Source: Lysobacterales bacterium 63-13 (lineage in GTDB: Bacteria > Pseudomonadota > Gammaproteobacteria > Xanthomonadales > Rhodanobacteraceae). Taken from it: a DNA stretch of 64,000 bases. The notes under the pieces are model-generated. The model had not been told where the DNA came from and searched no databases. It saw nothing but the letters and a program-made list of their open reading frames with translations. The stretch's first letter is position 1. Every line of letters begins with the position of its first letter. Where the stretch lies: the NCBI GenBank assembly GCA_001899855.1, contig MKWR01000022.1, forward strand, positions 6,456-70,455, in the 5' to 3' direction. This document shows, one piece after another, positions 9,361 through 20,000 of this stretch. Both the position numbers and the translations under genes were made by a program.

Positions 9361-10011
9361 TCAGCGTGATGGCAGTTCGAATTCGCCCTTCAGACGCAGC
9401 GCGAGCTCGGTGAGCAGTGCCGACAGATCCTCGCGCCCGACCTTCTCCGTGCGCAGCTCGGAGCTGGCACGCGAGACGGCGCTGGCGGCCTCGCTGGCGC
9501 GCTCGTTGAGCGCCGAGGAAAGCTCGGCCAGGGCATCGCGCAGGCGTTCGTCGACGGCCTTGAGCTCGCCATCCAGTCCTTCCAGCGCATTGTTGATTTC
9601 AGCGCGCGCGGTGCGCGCCGCCTGCTGGGTGCGCGATTCAAGATCATCGACGGCCTGGTTGCGATCACCGACTTCCTGGCGCAACTGCCGCGAGAGTTTC
9701 TCGAACTGTTCGTCAAGGCGCTTGTCGAGCTGTGCCAGGCGCTTGTCCTGGCTGTCGCGCAAGCGGCTCATCTCCGCCTCGAGGCGCTGCCCCATTTCCT
9801 GGAAGCGGCGTTCGTAGTCGCGCATCTGGCCGCCGAAGAGGATGTCGCGGATCTGGTCGACATTGCCGTCGGCATCGGCAGCGGGTTTCTTGGGCTCGGA
9901 CATCGTGCTTTTCCTCGCTGGCGCCGGGAGCTTCCTGGCGGCGACGGCAAGTTTATGCGAAGCCGGCCGGGATCCGGGTGTCTTGCGCTTGGATTTGCCG
10001 CTGGCAGCCAT
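9361..10011 (-). CDS. Coiled-coil protein of the GTPase operon
   Basis: VDQIRDILFGGQMRDYERRF followed by a long heptad-rich helix; GGGGAG RBS ahead of ATG 10011 (alternative start 9903). Confidence 0.75.
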   Translation of the reverse strand: MAASGKSKRKTPGSRPASHKLAVAARKLPAPARKSTMSEPKKPAADADGNVDQIRDILFGGQMRDYERRFQEMGQRLEAEMSRLRDSQDKRLAQLDKRLDEQFEKLSRQLRQEVGDRNQAVDDLESRTQQAARTARAEINNALEGLDGELKAVDERLRDALAELSSALNERASEAASAVSRASSELRTEKVGREDLSALLTELALRLKGEFELPSR

Positions 10012-10060
10012 GACGATACTCCCCTTTGCCTTGTCAACAAGCCATTGAAAAAGAATTCCC

Positions 10061-10759
10061 TCAGGTCTGCTCGAGGCGATAGCCGTGCTGGTAGACCGCC
10101 GCCAGCCGCCAGCCGTACTCGCCATTCAGGTCGAGTTTCTTGCGCAGGCGGCTGACATGGGTATCGACCGTGCGCGTGGACACCGAGGCATTCATGTTCC
10201 AGACGTTTTCCAGCAAGGCATCACGGCTGACGATGCGCCCGCTGCGACGAAACAGGAAACTGGCCAGGTCGAACTCGCGCGGGGTCAGCTCGACCTCCTT
10301 GCCGTCGTAGGAAATCCTCCGCCGCCGCGTATCAACCCGGTACGGTGGCATGTCGTACTGGCCGCTGTCGGCCCCTTCGATACCGATCCGCCGCAGCACG
10401 GCCGCCACGCGCGCGATCAGCTCCTGCTGCTTGGCCGGTTTGACCACGTAATCATCGCCACCGGCATTCAGGCCGCGCACCATGTCGGTGTCGCTGGCGC
10501 GCGCGGTGAGGAAGATCACCGGCAGGCGCGAATTTGCCGATGAGCGGATCCAATCAATGACATCCAGGCCGCTGGCATCGGGCAGCATCCAGTCGAGCAG
10601 GAGCAGGTCGATTGCCTCGGAACCCAGCCGGCGCCGGAATTCGGCAGCCGACTGGAACAATCGGGTGCGATAGCCGGCTTTTTCGAGCCAGTGCAGGATC
10701 AGGCCGGACTGCTCCGGATCATCTTCGAGAAAGCCGATCACAAGTTCGGAATTGCCCAT
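10061..10759 (-). CDS. OmpR/PhoB family response regulator
   Basis: FLEDD, LLLDWMLPD, DDYVVKP, LTPREFDL, RTVDTHVSRLRKKL, GYRLE. Confidence 0.93.
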   Translation of the reverse strand: MGNSELVIGFLEDDPEQSGLILHWLEKAGYRTRLFQSAAEFRRRLGSEAIDLLLLDWMLPDASGLDVIDWIRSSANSRLPVIFLTARASDTDMVRGLNAGGDDYVVKPAKQQELIARVAAVLRRIGIEGADSGQYDMPPYRVDTRRRRISYDGKEVELTPREFDLASFLFRRSGRIVSRDALLENVWNMNASVSTRTVDTHVSRLRKKLDLNGEYGWRLAAVYQHGYRLEQT

Positions 10760-10974
10760 TCGACTCGCCCGGACTGTTCATGGATACGCGCACTGATCGC
10801 GCTGGACACGGCATGCACACGACGTCTGCGATGGAAGCGGAAGCAGGCTTCATCACCGAATGAGCGAACGACGCGTGGATTCAAGGGGCAGCCAGGAACG
10901 CCTGCAATGGATGAACGATCCGGGCTGCCGCCATGCTGCCGGATCCACCCGACAGCGATCCGCTCACGGCGATG

Positions 10975-11178
10975 TCACTCTACGACGAAGGTGATCCGCA
11001 GGTTGACCCGCCATTCCTGGATGTGTCCGGATTTGTCGGTGACCACCTTGGTTTCGCTGACCCAGGCGCCCTGGATGTTCTTGACCGTCTCGGCGACCTT
11101 CTTCAGCCCGCTCTGCACTGCATCCTCGACGCCCTTGGTGGATGAACTGCTGAATTCGATGACTTTGGCAACTGACAT
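10975..11178 (-). CDS. Dodecin family flavin-binding protein
   Basis: MSVAKVIEFSSSSTKGVEDAVQSGL...WRVNLRITFVVE; 67 aa. Confidence 0.88.
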   Translation of the reverse strand: MSVAKVIEFSSSSTKGVEDAVQSGLKKVAETVKNIQGAWVSETKVVTDKSGHIQEWRVNLRITFVVE

Positions 11179-11245
11179 GATGCAAGTCTCCTTTTCCACG
11201 AGTGGTTTGGCGACTATAGCAAAGCGTGGTCAGCGAACAAGTTGT

Positions 11246-11752
11246 TCAGGTCGCCATGGCCGCAACGGGACGCGGCTTTGCCGGCACGTAGCGCAACCAG
11301 ACCAGGAACACGATCAAGGCATCGAGCACGATCAGGGCCTGCCAGAGATACTCGTGGAACCACTTGAACCAGACCGGGCTCCACATGCCGAGGTAAAACA
11401 GGCTGACGATGCGCACCACGTTGAGGATCTGGATGGCGAGGAAACCGAAGAAGAGGCCGAACAGCTTGTGCTTCCACGGTGCCGGGAAGGCGAGGATCGC
11501 GGAAATCAGGATGATGACTGCCTCGACACCGTTGCAGCCCCGCTCGATCGAGACGATGAAGCTGCCGCTGGCATTCTGGATCAGCTTGCCGTTGGAAATG
11601 GTGCTGCCATCGAAGAGATGGATGACCCAGGCACAGATGTCGGCCAGCACCGAGGTGAACGGCACGATCACATGACGCTCGACCGGACCGGTCAGTTCGG
11701 CGACAAAGAGAACCACGAGCAGGACCAGGAACAACAGGATGAAGCGAAACAT
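11246..11752 (-). CDS. xrtH: Exosortase H-type transpeptidase
   Basis: Short multi-TM protein with catalytic Cys (IERGCNGVEA), Arg (LNVVRIVSLFYLG) and His (WFHEYLWQALIVLD); start ATG 11752. Confidence 0.82.
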   Translation of the reverse strand: MFRFILLFLVLLVVLFVAELTGPVERHVIVPFTSVLADICAWVIHLFDGSTISNGKLIQNASGSFIVSIERGCNGVEAVIILISAILAFPAPWKHKLFGLFFGFLAIQILNVVRIVSLFYLGMWSPVWFKWFHEYLWQALIVLDALIVFLVWLRYVPAKPRPVAAMAT

Positions 11753-12024
11753 CGGCAGCAGCGACCCCGGGGAAACCCCAAGTGTAGTCGACTGCCGGCC
11801 AAGCTTCACCGGTTGCCGCGGGAATCACCGCAAACCGGCGTCATGCACCAGCCCGCATGTTTCATGATTTCGCGCGATGATCGCGCAGGATCGCGTTTGC
11901 ACAAGGGATTTCCCGAAGCAGCGCCGTATCGGGCCATATGGTCGACTGAGGGAAATCCCATGTGCGGACAAGAGACCGGCGAGGGCGCGTGCAATTCATG
12001 AATCATGCGGGCTAGCATCGACAC

Positions 12025-12585
12025 ATGAATCCCGCCTCCAACATTTTCCTGATCGGGCCGATGGGCGCGGGCAAGACCTCGATCGGGCGGCGTCTGGCGG
12101 CACAGCTCGGCCTGCGCTTCATTGATCTCGATCTGGAGTTCGAGCAGCGCACCGGGGCGAGCATCGCGCTGACCTTTGAAATCGAGGGCGAAGCCGGCTT
12201 CCGCAAGCGCGAGAGCGAACTGCTCGGCGAGCTCGTGCGCCAACGCGGGGTAGTCCTGTCCACCGGCGGCGGCGCCGTGCTCGATGCGCGCAATCGCGAA
12301 CTGCTGCGCGGCAACGGTTTCGTGGTCTGGCTCGACACCGACGTCGACGCCCAGCTCGAGCGCCTGCACGCGGACCGGCAACGCCCCCTCCTGCAAGGCG
12401 TGGATCGCCGCGAAAAACTCCTGCGCATGGCTGAATTGCGCAACCCGCTGTATGCCGAAACCGCCGACCTGCGCGTCAGCGCATCAGGCTCGGGCAGCAG
12501 CGCGGCAATGGCCCGCCTGGTTGGCGCGCAGATCGCCCGAACCTGGCAACAAGCAGAAACGGAAACCACGCATGATCGAGCTTGA
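12025..12585 (+). CDS. aroK: Shikimate kinase
   Basis: [40 protein letters not shown]. Confidence 0.96.
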   Translation: MNPASNIFLIGPMGAGKTSIGRRLAAQLGLRFIDLDLEFEQRTGASIALTFEIEGEAGFRKRESELLGELVRQRGVVLSTGGGAVLDARNRELLRGNGFVVWLDTDVDAQLERLHADRQRPLLQGVDRREKLLRMAELRNPLYAETADLRVSASGSGSSAAMARLVGAQIARTWQQAETETTHDRA

Positions 12586-13645
12586 AGTCGCTCTCGGCGA
12601 ACGCAGCTACCCGATCCACATTGGCAGCGACAGCCTGCGCCAGGCCACGCACTGGCGCGCGGCAATGCGCGGTCGGCAGGTGCTGGTCCTGAGCAACAGC
12701 ACGGTTGCGCCGCTGTACCTGGAGCGCGTGCTGGGCGGACTCGACGGCCTTGCCCACGCCAGCCTGATCATCGAGGACGGCGAGCAGCACAAGACCTTCG
12801 AAAACGCTGGCCGCGTGCTCGATGCCCTGGCGCGTCTCGGCGCCAACCGCGATGCCACCTTGATTGCCCTTGGCGGCGGCGTGATTGGCGATCTTGGCGG
12901 GTTTGCCGCCGCCTGCTGGATGCGCGGCATCGATTTCGTGCAGATGCCGACCACCTTGCTGGCCATGGTCGATTCCTCGGTCGGCGGCAAGACCGGGGTC
13001 AACCTGGCGGCCGGCAAGAACCTGGTCGGCGCCTTCCACCAGCCACGCGCGGTGGTCATCGATACCTCGACCCTGGCGACCTTGCCCGAGCGCGAATTCC
13101 TTGCCGGCCTCGCCGAAGTGGTCAAGTACGGTGCCATCGGCGACGCCGCGTTTTTCGCCTGGCTGGAAACGCATGCCGATGCCCTGCTCGTGCGCGACGC
13201 CACGGCGCTGGAAGCGGCCATCGCCAGCAGTTGCCGGCACAAGGCCGGCGTGGTTGCGCGTGACGAGCGCGAGCTGGGTGAGCGCGCCCTGCTCAATTTC
13301 GGCCACACCTTTGGCCACGCCCTGGAAGTGGAAGCCGGCTACGGCGAAATCCTGCACGGCGAGGCAGTGGCGATCGGCATGCTGCTCGCCGCCCGCCTTT
13401 CCAGCCGGCTCGGCCTCGCCGCAGCGGCAGATGCAGAGCGCCTGCAGGCCTTGCTGCAGCGCTTGAGGTTGCCGACGCGGATTCCGCCAGGCCTGCAGCC
13501 ACGCCGCCTGCTCGAACGCATGCGCCTCGACAAGAAGTCGGTCAGCGGCCAGTTGCGCCTGGTCCTCTGGCGCGGCATCGGCCAGGCCGAAGTCGTCGGC
13601 GGTGTTGCCGAAAACGCGATCGAGGAAGTGCTGGCCAGCGGCTGA
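12572..13645 (+). CDS. aroB: 3-dehydroquinate synthase
   Basis: [48 protein letters not shown]; start ATG 12572. Confidence 0.97.
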   Translation: MIELEVALGERSYPIHIGSDSLRQATHWRAAMRGRQVLVLSNSTVAPLYLERVLGGLDGLAHASLIIEDGEQHKTFENAGRVLDALARLGANRDATLIALGGGVIGDLGGFAAACWMRGIDFVQMPTTLLAMVDSSVGGKTGVNLAAGKNLVGAFHQPRAVVIDTSTLATLPEREFLAGLAEVVKYGAIGDAAFFAWLETHADALLVRDATALEAAIASSCRHKAGVVARDERELGERALLNFGHTFGHALEVEAGYGEILHGEAVAIGMLLAARLSSRLGLAAAADAERLQALLQRLRLPTRIPPGLQPRRLLERMRLDKKSVSGQLRLVLWRGIGQAEVVGGVAENAIEEVLASG

Positions 13646-13725
13646 CTGCGCCGCGACATCACGACCGCACCGCGGCGCGGCATCGATTCAGCGCAGGCGG
13701 ATGCAATGCAGGCTAAAATCCTCGC

Positions 13726-13986
13726 ATGCGCATTTACATGCAAACCCAAGCGGATCTGGCTGAATCGCCGCGCTTTTATCAGCTTTCGCTGCAGCAGGAC
13801 CTGCTCGGCGGCTGGACGCTGTATCGCGAATGGGGCCAGCAAGGCTCGCGCTCGAGCCTCAAGCGCGAGGTCTATCTCGATCACGACAGCGCCATCAGCG
13901 CATTCGAGAAGGCGCGCGACCAGCAGGTCAAGCGCGGCTTCCGCATTGTCTTCAGCCAGGGCCTGGACAACAGCCATGCGTACTAG
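13726..13986 (+). CDS. WGR domain protein
   Basis: RFYQLSLQQDLLGGWTLYREWGQQG...KRGF. Confidence 0.85.
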   Translation: MRIYMQTQADLAESPRFYQLSLQQDLLGGWTLYREWGQQGSRSSLKREVYLDHDSAISAFEKARDQQVKRGFRIVFSQGLDNSHAY

Positions 13987-14890
13987 CAGGTTGTTGATGG
14001 CGATGAGCCTGGCGGGCGCGGTGCCGCTGGCGCAGGCGTTCGAACCGGGGCACGAACGCATCTGTACGCCCTCGGCCGATGGGCAAACCTTTGAATGTCG
14101 CGACAAGGCCAGCGGCCAGCCTGAAAGCGCGCCACGGAAACCCGCCGCAGCGCCTGCCACGACGGCAGCCACAGCCATGCCGCCACCGCCTGCGGCGGCA
14201 GTTCCTCTTTCCGCGGCAGCGCCGGCAGCAAGCCAACTGCCGAACTACTTGTTGCAGGATCCGTCCGCCACGGCGACAGCAGGCGATGTCGCCCCGGCAA
14301 CGGAAAGCAGCAGCCAGCCAACTGCCATCGAACCGGAGGCGGCAGTCCATCAGGCTGCACCGGCTGCGGCAGCGATCGAAGCTTCGCCGGCAGCTGCGCC
14401 AGGCAAGCCTGTCGCCAGCAATCCAGCAACGGACGTTGAAGCGGCTGCCAGTGCCACGGCAGCAGCGCCAGCTGCCGCAGTGGAACCCGTCCAACAAACC
14501 TCGCCGGCGACGACAATCGAACCGGCAACGGCATCACCGCCAGCCGAAGCCCGCGGGGCCGCAACAGCACCATCGCCCGCTGAACGCCGGGAGGTGCCAG
14601 GTGCCAGCGCCTTCCGCGCCTTGCCGGGCAGCCATTACACCCTGGTGCTGGCCAGCGTGCGCGATCCCGCCGCACTCGATGAGCTGATCCAGGCCTTCGC
14701 TGCGCAGCCTGGCCAGCTTTACCTGCTCAAGCTCGGCATGCCGGACGGCGACTGGTACAGCCTGTGCTGGTCGGACTTCGCCGATCTCGATGCGGCGCGC
14801 GCCGCCCGCGCCAGCCTGCCGGCCGAAGCGCCAATCCGTTCGGGCTGGCCACGTCGCATCGACCTGCTGCAAAAAGAACTCGCCCGCTGA
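13976..14890 (+). CDS. Secreted Ala/Pro-rich protein with C-terminal SPOR-like domain (DamX-like)
   Basis: Signal peptide, long AP-rich linker, HYTLVLAS...[23 protein letters not shown]; DamX-like position after aroB. Confidence 0.6.
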   Translation: MRTSRLLMAMSLAGAVPLAQAFEPGHERICTPSADGQTFECRDKASGQPESAPRKPAAAPATTAATAMPPPPAAAVPLSAAAPAASQLPNYLLQDPSATATAGDVAPATESSSQPTAIEPEAAVHQAAPAAAAIEASPAAAPGKPVASNPATDVEAAASATAAAPAAAVEPVQQTSPATTIEPATASPPAEARGAATAPSPAERREVPGASAFRALPGSHYTLVLASVRDPAALDELIQAFAAQPGQLYLLKLGMPDGDWYSLCWSDFADLDAARAARASLPAEAPIRSGWPRRIDLLQKELAR

Positions 14891-14906
14891 ATCCCTGGAG
14901 TTGTCC

Positions 14907-15953
14907 GTGACCGAACACCGCTTCCTGCGCGCGCTCAAGCGCGAGCCTGTCGACACCACGCCTGTCTGGATCATGCGCCAGGCAGGCCGTTACCTGCCCG
15001 AGTATCGCGCCACGCGCGAGCGCGCCGGCAGTTTCCTGGCCCTGGCAAAGACCCCCGAGCTGGCCTGCGAAGTCACCTTGCAGCCACTCGCGCGTTTCGA
15101 CCTCGACGCCGCCATCCTGTTCTCGGACATCCTCACCATCCCCGATGCCATGGGCCTTGGCCTGCATTTCATCGATGGCGAAGGCCCGAAGTTCCATCAT
15201 CCCCTGCGCAGCCGCGAAGCGATCATGAAACTCGGCGTGCCGGATGTGGAAACCGACCTGCGCTATGTCACCGATGCCGTGCGCCTGATCCGCCGCGAGC
15301 TGGCCGGGCGCGTGCCGCTGATCGGCTTTTCCGGCAGCCCGTGGACGCTGGCCTGCTACATGATCGAAGGCGGCGGCTCATCGAGTTTTTCCACTGCCAA
15401 GGCGCTGATGTGGGAAGACCCGGCGACGCTGCACCACCTGCTCGAGGTCAATGCCCGTGCCGTCATCGCCTATCTTTCCGCGCAGGCGGCGGCGGGCGCG
15501 CAGGCGTTGATGGTGTTCGACACCTGGGGCGGCATGCTCGGGCCGGATCCATTCATCGAGTTCTCGCAGCGCTACCTCGGCATGATCGCGCAAGCGCTGA
15601 AAGCCGATCCGCTCACGCGCGAGATTCCATTGATCCTCTTTTCCAAGGGTGCCAACGGACATCTCGAAGGACTTGCCGACAGCGGTTGCGACGCGCTCGG
15701 CGTGGACTGGACGATCCGTCTCGCGGAAGCGCGCGCACGGGTGGGTTCACGCGTCGCCCTGCAGGGCAACCTCGATCCGGCCACGCTCGCCGCCAACCCG
15801 CAGGCAATCCGCGCGGCGGTCAAGGCAACCCTGGATGATTTCGGCAAGGGCAACGGGCACGTCTTCAACCTGGGCCATGGCATCACCCCGGACATCGATC
15901 CCGCGCATGTCGCCGTGCTCGTCGACGCCGTGCATGAATTCGGCCGGCGCTGA
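14907..15953 (+). CDS. hemE: Uroporphyrinogen decarboxylase
   Basis: [39 protein letters not shown]; GTG start 14907. Confidence 0.97.
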   Translation: MTEHRFLRALKREPVDTTPVWIMRQAGRYLPEYRATRERAGSFLALAKTPELACEVTLQPLARFDLDAAILFSDILTIPDAMGLGLHFIDGEGPKFHHPLRSREAIMKLGVPDVETDLRYVTDAVRLIRRELAGRVPLIGFSGSPWTLACYMIEGGGSSSFSTAKALMWEDPATLHHLLEVNARAVIAYLSAQAAAGAQALMVFDTWGGMLGPDPFIEFSQRYLGMIAQALKADPLTREIPLILFSKGANGHLEGLADSGCDALGVDWTIRLAEARARVGSRVALQGNLDPATLAANPQAIRAAVKATLDDFGKGNGHVFNLGHGITPDIDPAHVAVLVDAVHEFGRR

Positions 15954-15956
15954 GTG

Positions 15957-16967
15957 ATGCGCATGCTCCTTTGCGGGGTGATCGCCGCCCTGCTGTGCGC
16001 GACTTCGCCCGGCGTTGCCGACGAGGCAACTCCGCCTGCCCCGGCAAACACCATCGGCACGCTGGAGACCATCGTCGTCAGCGGCGAGCAGCCCGGTCCG
16101 GGCCTGTGGAAAGTCAGCAAGGGCGATCATGTGCTGTGGATACTCGGCACGCTGAATCCCTTGCCGGAAAAGATCACTTGGGCGGCGAAGGAGATCGAGG
16201 CCACGATCGCCGCGTCGCAACAGGTGATCATGGGCCCCAGTGCCAGCATCAACGTCAAGGGCGGCATGTTGCGCGGCCTGTTCCTGCTGCCCTCGCTGAT
16301 GAGCGCACGCAACAATCCCGGCAAGGAGAAACTCGTCGAAGTCGTCCCCGCGGACCTGTATGCACGCTGGTCGCTGCTCAAGGGCAAGTACATCGGCAAG
16401 GACAATGGCATTGAAAAGCGCCGGCCGATCTTTGCCGCGCAGGAACTCTACGCCGAGGCAATCAAGCGCTCGGGCCTCACCCTCGACACCGACATCGGCA
16501 AGGTCGTGCGCAAGGCCGCCAAACGCAGCAAGGTCGAGGTGCTGGAACCACGCATCGAGTTGCGCATCGAGTCGCCAGGTGCCGCGGTCAAGGAGTTCAG
16601 GAAATCCGCACTCGATGATCTTGATTGCTTTGCCAAGACCATGAGTCGCCTTGAAACCGATGTCGAATCCATGAAGCTGCGGGCCAACGCCTGGGCGCAA
16701 GGTGACATCGAGGCACTGCAAGCCTTGCCCTACACCGACCAGATGCAGGCCTGTGCCGACGCCCTGCTCAAGGCCAGCGTCGTCGAGGAGCGCGGCCTCG
16801 GCGACCTGCAGGAGCGCCTCGCCACGCTCTGGCTCGACGCTGCGGAGAAGGCGCTGGCCAACAACTCCAGCACGTTTGCCCTGTTGCCGCTGCGCCACCT
16901 GCTCAGCGAGGACAGCATGCTTGTCCGCCTGCGCGCGCGCGGCTACCTGGTCGAAGCACCCGAGTAA
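15957..16967 (+). CDS. TraB/GumN (TIKI-like) family protein
   Basis: PGPGLWKVSKGDHVLWILGT, signal peptide, C-terminal HLLSEDSMLVRLRARGY. Confidence 0.8.
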   Translation: MRMLLCGVIAALLCATSPGVADEATPPAPANTIGTLETIVVSGEQPGPGLWKVSKGDHVLWILGTLNPLPEKITWAAKEIEATIAASQQVIMGPSASINVKGGMLRGLFLLPSLMSARNNPGKEKLVEVVPADLYARWSLLKGKYIGKDNGIEKRRPIFAAQELYAEAIKRSGLTLDTDIGKVVRKAAKRSKVEVLEPRIELRIESPGAAVKEFRKSALDDLDCFAKTMSRLETDVESMKLRANAWAQGDIEALQALPYTDQMQACADALLKASVVEERGLGDLQERLATLWLDAAEKALANNSSTFALLPLRHLLSEDSMLVRLRARGYLVEAPE

Positions 16968-17032
16968 GCCAGCGCGCCTTGCACCGCAGCGGCGGGCGCG
17001 ATTGCCGTCGGCACGTCGAGACGGCGCGTGCC

Positions 17033-20000
17033 TCAGGCTGCCGGGATGGCGTCATCGCCCGGCGTGCGGCGCAGCCGTGATCGTGCCAGCCACGGCTCCA
17101 GCGTGGCTTCGAGCACCGCCGCCTTGATCGGCTTGCGCAGGAAGCCGTCCATGCCGGCCTCGCGCGCTTGCGCCTCCTCGTCACCGGTGGCGCGCGCGGT
17201 GATGGCGATGATCGGCAGGTGGCGGCCGCTTTCGTGCTCGCGCTCGCGCACGAGTCGGGTCAGTTGCAGGCCATCGATGCCGGGCAGGTCGAGATCGACC
17301 AGGGCAAGGTCGACACCGGCCTCGTTCAACATCGCCAGCGCCGCCAGGCCGTGCGCGGCATGGCTGTGCCGATGCCCGCCGGCCTCAAGCATTCCGCAGA
17401 TGACGGCGGCAATGGTCGGATCGTCCTCGACGACGACAATGTGGGCGATGCCGGCCGCGCCGGGCGCAGCTGTCGGCTCGATCGCCGCTTTCGACGACGC
17501 CGCATGGCGCGGTCGCGAACGGCGCTCGATCGGCTCGCCGGCCGGTGCCTGAAGAGGCAGTTCGACGGTGAAGCGGCTGCCCTCGCCGGGTGCGCTCTCG
17601 ACCGTGATGCGCCCGCCCATCAGCTCAACCAGTTCGTGGCAGATCGACAGGCCAAGGCCACTGCCGCCAAAGCGCCGCGCCAACTCGGAGGATTGCTCGA
17701 ATCGGCCAAACAGGCGCTCGCGCATGTCGGCGCTCATGCCGGGACCGGTATCGCTGATGGTGAAGCGGATGCCGGCATCGCCGCAGCCGGTCAGGGCGAG
17801 GGCAATCTGCCCGCGCTCTGTGAACTTGATCGCATTGTTCACAAGATTGAACAGCACCTGCTTGATGCGCAGCGCATCGCCGACCACCCAGGCCGGTGCT
17901 GTGGCGTCGATTTCCGAACGCAGCGCCAATCCCTTCTTGCGCGCCAGCGGTTCCTCCAGTTCGATCACTTCACGCAGCAGGCTGGCTGGCTGCAGGGGTC
18001 GATGATCGAGCTGGAACTTGCCGGCCTCCATGCGGGCCAGGTCGAGGCTGTCATTGACCAGGCGCAGCATCAGGTCACCGGAACGGCTGATCGCCTCGGC
18101 GTAGCCGCGCTGCCTTTCGTCAAGCTGCGTGCCGCGCAGCAATTCGGCCATGCCAAGCACGCCGGTCATCGGCGTGCGGATCTCGTGACTCATGTGGGCG
18201 AGGAACGCGGACTTGGCTTCGGCCAGTTGCTCGGCGGTACGCCGTTGTTCCTCGGCCAGCGCCATCGAGTGGCGCTGGTCGACGCGATCGCGCCAGGCGC
18301 GAAAGGCCAGCCAGACCAGCAGCACGGCCATCATCAGGTAACCGGAAAAGGCCCATGGCGTGAGCCAGGCCGCCGCGGCGACTTCAATGGGAATCTCGAC
18401 CGTGGTCGGGCTCCACACGCCGTCCGCATTCGCGGCACGAACCTGCAAGCGGTAACTGCCGGAGGGCAACTGCGAGAACACGCGCTCGCCACGCGCGCCG
18501 GTCTCCACCCAGTCGCTGTCGAATCCTTCCAGCTTGAAACGATACTGGTTGCCACCGGGATTGAGGAAGGACAACACCCGCGCCTGCACGGACAAATCCT
18601 GGTCGCCATGCTGCAAGGCAATCGGCTGACTGGCATCCAGTTCGATTCGACTGCCCTCGCGGCGGATCGACATGGCCGTCAACTGCAAGGGCGGCGCTGG
18701 CGAATCGAGCGAGATCGCGGCGGGATCGAAGGCGAATACGCCGGCACGCGAACTTGCGTAGATCGTGCCATCGCCGGCAACGGCGAAATCGCCGATCAGC
18801 TCCGCGCTCGGCAAGCCATCGCGCTCGCTGAACTGGCGAATGCGCCCATTCCGTGCATCGATCCGCCACAAGCCGCGCTGGCTGGCCGCCCAGACGCTGT
18901 GGTCGGCGGCCACATGCAAGGCGCTGACCTGCATTGCCGGCCAACCCTCGGCACCGGACAGGTGCTTGAGCAAGGACAATTGTCCATCTTTCCATGCGTA
19001 CTCTTCGAGTGCACCGAGGCGGTGCACCCAGAGTGCTTGCGCACCATCGAAGGCCAGCGCGTCGATCGCCCCGACCGGCGCTCCCGGCACCGCCTCGAAG
19101 CGCGCTTGCGTGGCGTTGTAGCGCTCCAGCCCGGCGGCCGTGGAGATCCACGGCTGTGCCGTCGCATCGAAGGTGAGGTCGGAGATGTCGGCGTTGCCGA
19201 GCGTGCCCAGCGCCACCGACCAACTGCGGATCGCCGCGGTCGCCGCATCGATGCGCGCCATGCCGCCGCCACGCAGGCTCGCCCACAGGCTTCCATCCGC
19301 TGCCCGCGCCAGGCGATTGACGTAGCCGCGCGGCAGGGCCTGTGCCGAATCGGCGGCAACTGGCAACTCGAGCATGCGCGCCGCGTCGAGGTCATAGCGG
19401 CGGATGCCGCGCTGATGGCCGACCCAGAGTTGCTGGCCAATCTGCAACATGGCGCGAAGCTGGCTGCCGCCGGCCTGCAGGCGCGCGCCGTGGCGTTCGA
19501 CGGCACCGGTGTCGCCATCGATGCGGTCGATGCCATCACGACCGCTGCTGACCCAGATGCCGCCATCCGCGGCGACACTGATTGCCTCGGTCTGCGTATG
19601 CAGGAGGCTGTTGGCCTGGCCCGGGCGGTGCCGCCAGACCGCAAAGTTCTTCCAGCGCGCAGGCAGGCGCGCGATGCCGGCATCGAACATCGCCACCCAG
19701 AGTCCGCCCTCGCGGTCGCGCAGCACATCCATGACCCGCGCGGAAGGCAGCTCGCCCGGCAAGGCATCGCTGCCGCCGTAGCGGTGCTGCTCGCTGCCGG
19801 TCAGGTGCAGCAGGCCGCCGGTGGTGCCGATCCAGTAGCGATCGGCGGCGGCGCTGGTCATGGCCATGGTCGGCATGCGTGAGGGCAAGTCGACGATGCC
19901 TTCGACCGCATGCAGGTCGGCGGCGACCCGGGCCACGCCGAAATCCGTGCCGACCAGCATGCTGCCATCGTCCTGCGCGCGCAGGCTGCCAATCGACAGG

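Noticed and set aside
13976-14890. Ala/Pro-rich stretch as a tandem DNA repeat
   Set aside because: Low-complexity protein linker without a regular nucleotide period.
17168-19882. 904-aa plus-strand ORF
   Set aside because: Antisense shadow of the hybrid kinase; no recognisable motifs.
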